Source: Paraphysomonas bandaiensis (Eukaryota > Protista > Chrysophyceae). Taken from it: a stretch of 64,000 bases of DNA. The position numbers and the translations under genes were made by a program. The stretch covers positions 186,001 to 250,000 of the forward strand of contig CBFFRP010000069.1 in NCBI GenBank assembly GCA_965644295.1, given 5' to 3'. Below, one piece after another: positions 62,240 through 64,000 of the stretch. The notes beneath the pieces were generated by a model. It saw only the letters and a program-made list of their open reading frames with translations, did no database searches and was not told the DNA's origin. The stretch's first letter is position 1, and each line of letters begins with the position of its first letter.

Positions 62240-64000
62240 TGTATGTATGTATGTATGTATGTGTGTGTATATATCTAACTAATATCAATTACAGGATCAT
62301 CTAATGGACCACCTAAAGTTATTGGTATTGTTCCATTATGTATTGATGCTAATGGAAGAAGTTTAATAAATGATTTATTAAATGAATCATCATGGAATAG
62401 TGATGATAAAAGCAATGAAAATTCTAAGCTTTATCATGCACTTTACAATAAATATAAAGCAAGAAGTACGTTTCTATTGGCTGATTTTGAGATGCAATCT
62501 GCTTTGGAGGTTGCTAGACTTGCAGATATCTTGGTGTTGGTGGTTCATTCGGGACCTGGATTTGGACCTGAGCACATCATTGACCCGGTATATACCCACC
62601 TTCATATGCAATAATAATATATCTGATGAACAATGCAGATTGGCGCTGCTATACTTTCTGCTATAAAAGCAATGGGACTCCCACACTGCCTGGCCTGTGT
62701 TCAAGGACTGGATGATTTCTCTGGGCACAAACAAGGTGTCAAAGCTTACACAGAAGCACGCCGCTTAGTACAGCGCTGTATAGATGACAGTGTGTACTCT
62801 GGTGTAAAGCTTTTGGAGCACGCACCTGACGGGTCGGAGCTCAGCCGTAAAGGTGGAGCGGACGAGATTCTACGCTCCGTTCTGGCTGCACCGGTAAAGG
62901 ATCTCACTTGGAGATCCATTCGATCGTGCCTTTTGGCGGACGCTGTGGAGGTGGGGGACGGTGCAGAGGAATGCTCTGTACGGGTGTCAGGATACCTAAG
63001 AGGTTGTCCTATGCGTCTTCATTCTCTCATGCATATAGCGGGTGTCGGAACTGGAAGGATTGTTAGCGTGTCTGGTTGTGGGCGAGGACCTTTGGAAAAT
63101 GCCGCGAGAATGCTCAGACGAAACAATCAGCAACAAGACGATAATACTGCCGCGCTGCAGACTGTACTGGCAGACCCAAACAAGTAAGTGTTGTTTGCAT
63201 TTAGGTATAGGTTTATGTGGTGATTCGTATTATTGTTTACATGGAGTGTGCTGACTGATTGTGGGTTGGGTAGGCAAGATGGATTGGTATTGGAAGCTTC
63301 TGCGGATGTGTTGATGGGAGAGCAGACGTGGCCATCGGAAGAAGAGATTGCAGCCGCTACTGGTGAAATGGATCCCGGAGCTGGTCGTCACAGAAGAAAT
63401 ATACCATCTAATGTATGCGTACTACTATCTTAACGATATATTGTAACCACTTCTCCTACCAGGTAATTCCAGCTGGGATGTCCAGCTATCAAGCTGACTG
63501 GTTCGTGGACGAGGATGGAGAGTTCGAAGACACAAATGAGGGAGACAAAAATTCAGATGCAGATATGAACGAGGAAATGGAGAATGATATGCCCCCTCCA
63601 GTGGGGAGAGGGGTTGGAGGTGTACAGGCCATGGATGCAGATGACGATGACATGGATGACATGACTCTTGATGGGTCAGTCTTAGATGCTCCTGTAAGAG
63701 GCGGACAGCTACAGGATAAGCGTAAACGCCAGGCTCAGGAAGATGATGAATTTCCAGACGAGGTAAATTTGTTTGTGCTTCCGCTGGTAAATTTTTGATG
63801 TTAAATGATAGGTGGATACCCCAGAGGACGTTGCTGCTAGGGTTCGGTTTGCCCGATACAGAGCTCTACAGTCATTTCGCACCTCGCCTTGGCACCCAAA
63901 AGAAAATCTTCCAACGGAATATAGCCGCATATATGAGTTTGAAAGTTTTTCTGCGACTCAACGAGGGTATGCTCAACATTTTAATCTAATATGTATATTG
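61908..64000 (+). CDS. TSR1: Pre-rRNA-processing protein TSR1, multi-exon, runs off the window
   Basis: 'H.AG.LKQ.NKKHK', GYLRG, EQTWP.EEEI, FPDE/VDTP..ARVRFARYR.L.SFRTSPW.PKENLP.EY.RI. Confidence 0.95.

Overview
Gene-dense eukaryotic DNA with short GT-AG introns. It is most likely an ochrophyte stramenopile, inferred from a signal peptide + 'AF' transit presequence on a nucleoside-monophosphate kinase. About 15 protein genes are present: TPP2, PIG-S-like, F-box/SPRY, a large unknown multi-exon gene, Wee1-like kinase, cyclin-Y-like, GT4 and GT2 glycosyltransferases, an intronless NB-ARC-TPR (NLR-like) gene, COG5, UMP-CMP/adenylate kinase, TSR1 and several unknowns, plus a tRNA-Thr(UGU). Genes lie mostly in head-to-head pairs. 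Divergent spacers carry (TATG)n-type arrays up to ~1.3 kb, and mobile DNA lies mostly downstream of gene 3' ends. Mobile DNA includes: (i) two young Copia elements, one nested in the 3' LTR of the other, both with non-canonical LTR termini, DSC/DTC proteases and a shared extra domain after integrase; (ii) a decayed third relative forming an inverted repeat of the gag 5' end; (iii) hAT-like and MULE-like MITEs; and (iv) a five-copy non-coding ~0.4-0.5 kb family with 11-bp TSDs whose 5' end folds like an HDV-type ribozyme, the best novelty candidate. All alignments and folds were done by eye; no searches were run.
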